Shown here one piece after another: positions 62,028 to 64,000 of a stretch of DNA of 64,000 nucleotides. A program made the translations under genes and the position numbers. The notes below the pieces were generated by a model. The model saw nothing but the letters and a program-made list of their open reading frames with translations, had not been told where the DNA came from and searched no databases. Source of the stretch: Candidatus Kapaibacterium sp. (GTDB lineage Bacteria; Bacteroidota; Ignavibacteria; Kapaibacteriales; UBA2268); NCBI GenBank assembly GCA_963664875.1, contig OY761611.1, positions 736,001 through 800,000 of the forward strand, given 5' to 3'. Position 1 is the first letter of the stretch. Each line of letters opens with the position of its first letter.

Positions 62028-64000
62028 TTATTTCACTACATTTACTTTACGTGTGATTACGTAGCCGTCTAATTCGATTACTAATGTGTAGCTGCCGCTT
62101 GTCAAGTTTGATGCGTCGATTGTTACTTCGCTGCCGTCAAAGTTGCCCTTTGCGTATTCTACTACTTTGCGTCCGCTCATGTCGCTTAAGTAAATGTTTG
62201 CTGTGCTTGCGCCGCTTACTTTTACTTTAGACTGTGCACTTACAGGATTTGGTGTTACTTCGCCTACCATCAAGTTGTTTGGTGCGCTTAGTTCCACTTC
62301 TTCGATTTCGCTGTATTCGAATTTTCCGCTGCGTTCTATCATTTTTAGTCTGTATGCATATTTTTTGCCTAATTCTACGCCGTAATCTGCTGTGTTGTAG
62401 TTGCGTACTGAGTGGCTTGTGCCGCTTGCGCTTACTTCTGATACTTTGCTGAATAGGTCTGCATAGCCGTCTGTAATTTCTGTTCTTTCTACTTCGAAGC
62501 GGTCACTTTCGATTTCTGATAAAGTTGACCAGTTCAAATCTACTCGGTTGCCTACTGCTTTTGCATCAAATGTTGCCAATTCGATTGGAATTATGATGCC
62601 GCCGTTTGCTTCTGCGAAGTCAAATACGCTTCTTAGCATTTTTTCGATGTCTGCTATGTGGCGCCAGTCTGCTCCTAAGTAGCATATATTTGTTCCGATT
62701 GTTGTTGTGGCTACACCCATGATTTTTTCTTCCGGTAACAATGTGCTTGTGCCGTTTAGTTCATTTGTGTAGTAGTATGCCAACTTAACTCTACCTTCGC
62801 CGCCGTCCCACATGTCAACTAATGCTGGGTTTGGTGCTGCGTCGCCTACGAAGTTTGTTGGTGCTATTATGTTTGTTAGGTTTCTGCCTACGCTGCTGCC
62901 GGTTACTTCTGTGTAGTCGATTACTTCAGGATTTGCTTTTACGCGGTCTGTAGCTCTGAATAAATCGCGTGCTACTACGCCGTTGTTTCTGATCATTTCC
63001 TGTGATGCTAAAATCAAGTTTTTCTTATCGATTGAAGTTCCGTTTGCAAAGTAGTTTTCTATGTCTAATTGTTCGTAACGTGATAATTTTACATCTGCAT
63101 CGCCCATCACATCGTGTGCGTCTGACCATACTACTGTGCGGTAGTGACCATAATCTATGGCTCTTGCTTCCCAGTTGTTTCTGTCTAATACGTCATAGTC
63201 GATTGTGTCGTTGGCGATTGTTGTTGCTGTCGGATTGATTGCTACTTTCCAGCCTACAAAGCTCAAACCGTTTACTACGCGGTCGTGGTTCAATTTACCT
63301 GCGATTTCTGTTAGGCTTGGTGTGTTGCTCAAGTCTGCATTTACATATTGGCTGCTTACCAACATGTTCATCCATGAGCGGCGAATGAAGAATCTTACGA
63401 TTTTTGATGTTTCGTTGTTTGTGTTGTCTTCATCGCTTTCTGTTACTATCATTATTTTGTAGCGTGGTGTTACGTTTGCTGTCATTTCTGAATATACTTC
63501 AGGTACTGATGCTGCATAGCTTGGGTTCAAACGCAAGTCTGCATACGTTTCTGGTACAAATTCCAAGCCTTTGCCATCGGCAAGGTTGAAGTTTACATCA
63601 ACGTATTCATAAGTTGTTGCATCTACTTTTACTGTTTGTTCGTAGTCCGGTGCTGCACCGAATGTACCATTTGGCAATTCACGATAGATTTTTACTGTTA
63701 CTTCTGAGCCTGTTTGGAATAAGCTACCGTTGTTTCTCAAACGTGCACTTACTTCTACAGGGGCTTCTGTCATGATGTGTTCTGCATCTGCAAAGATACC
63801 TTCTGTTGCACGGTATGATGCAGGTGCTGTGATTGTAGTTGATTCCATATCGCTTACATATACGCGTCCGTTAAATTCTAACGCACCGATGTCGTATCTC
63901 TGACCTGCTTCGCCGCGTACTTTGCCTGTGATGTCGCTTGTTGTTACATCTAGGATATCGCCACGGTTATTTAGTACTGAGTTCAATGGCATTGGGTTTG
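62028..64000 (-). CDS. Large T9SS-secreted surface protein (5'-partial)
   Basis: Frame is open past the right edge; YDIGALEF, CARDB-like Ig, IPIEL..F...V.L.W.T.SE...F.VER module, C-terminal domain (TPNP...DMSGR...LTSGSY). Confidence 0.88.
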   Translation of the reverse strand, partial: NPMPLNSVLNNRGDILDVTTSDITGKVRGEAGQRYDIGALEFNGRVYVSDMESTTITAPASYRATEGIFADAEHIMTEAPVEVSARLRNNGSLFQTGSEVTVKIYRELPNGTFGAAPDYEQTVKVDATTYEYVDVNFNLADGKGLEFVPETYADLRLNPSYAASVPEVYSEMTANVTPRYKIMIVTESDEDNTNNETSKIVRFFIRRSWMNMLVSSQYVNADLSNTPSLTEIAGKLNHDRVVNGLSFVGWKVAINPTATTIANDTIDYDVLDRNNWEARAIDYGHYRTVVWSDAHDVMGDADVKLSRYEQLDIENYFANGTSIDKKNLILASQEMIRNNGVVARDLFRATDRVKANPEVIDYTEVTGSSVGRNLTNIIAPTNFVGDAAPNPALVDMWDGGEGRVKLAYYYTNELNGTSTLLPEEKIMGVATTTIGTNICYLGADWRHIADIEKMLRSVFDFAEANGGIIIPIELATFDAKAVGNRVDLNWSTLSEIESDRFEVERTEITDGYADLFSKVSEVSASGTSHSVRNYNTADYGVELGKKYAYRLKMIERSGKFEYSEIEEVELSAPNNLMVGEVTPNPVSAQSKVKVSGASTANIYLSDMSGRKVVEYAKGNFDGSEVTIDASNLTSGSYTLVIELDGYVITRKVNVVK

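Noticed and set aside
553-63589. Many short antisense or alternative-frame ORFs (e.g. 12057..12554, 19146..19550, 36030..36569)
   Set aside because: They overlap well-supported genes and show no recognisable motifs; treated as shadow ORFs.

Overview
AT-rich bacterial chromosome segment, mostly housekeeping and envelope genes. TAnnTTTG promoter motifs, several T9SS-type C-terminal domains and a VWA plus choice-of-anchor-D protein point to the FCB group; a Kapabacteria/Ignavibacteria-like lineage is my inference, not a database result. It holds about 51 real CDSs (including recG, uvrA, etfBA, gpmI, fbaB, glf, murQ, murB, tatC, rlpA, a GH57 branching enzyme and an OlsF-like acyltransferase), two identical tandem tRNA(CAT) genes, many intrinsic terminators and one REP-like palindrome. 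I found no CRISPR array, integrase, transposase, reverse transcriptase or prophage. Most interesting: (1) a surface lipoprotein with five near-identical 273-bp repeats, probably disulfide-locked, divergent from a collagen-motif lipoprotein, each behind an ECF-sigma-like promoter; (2) a partial T9SS-secreted gene at the right edge whose mRNA strand is strongly U-depleted, even in the 3' UTR; (3) a stand-alone STEAP-like heme membrane protein ending a murB/DUF885/S8-protease run; (4) an MFS-like membrane protein split by a SpeE/methyltransferase domain. All calls come from motif reading only; no searches were run.
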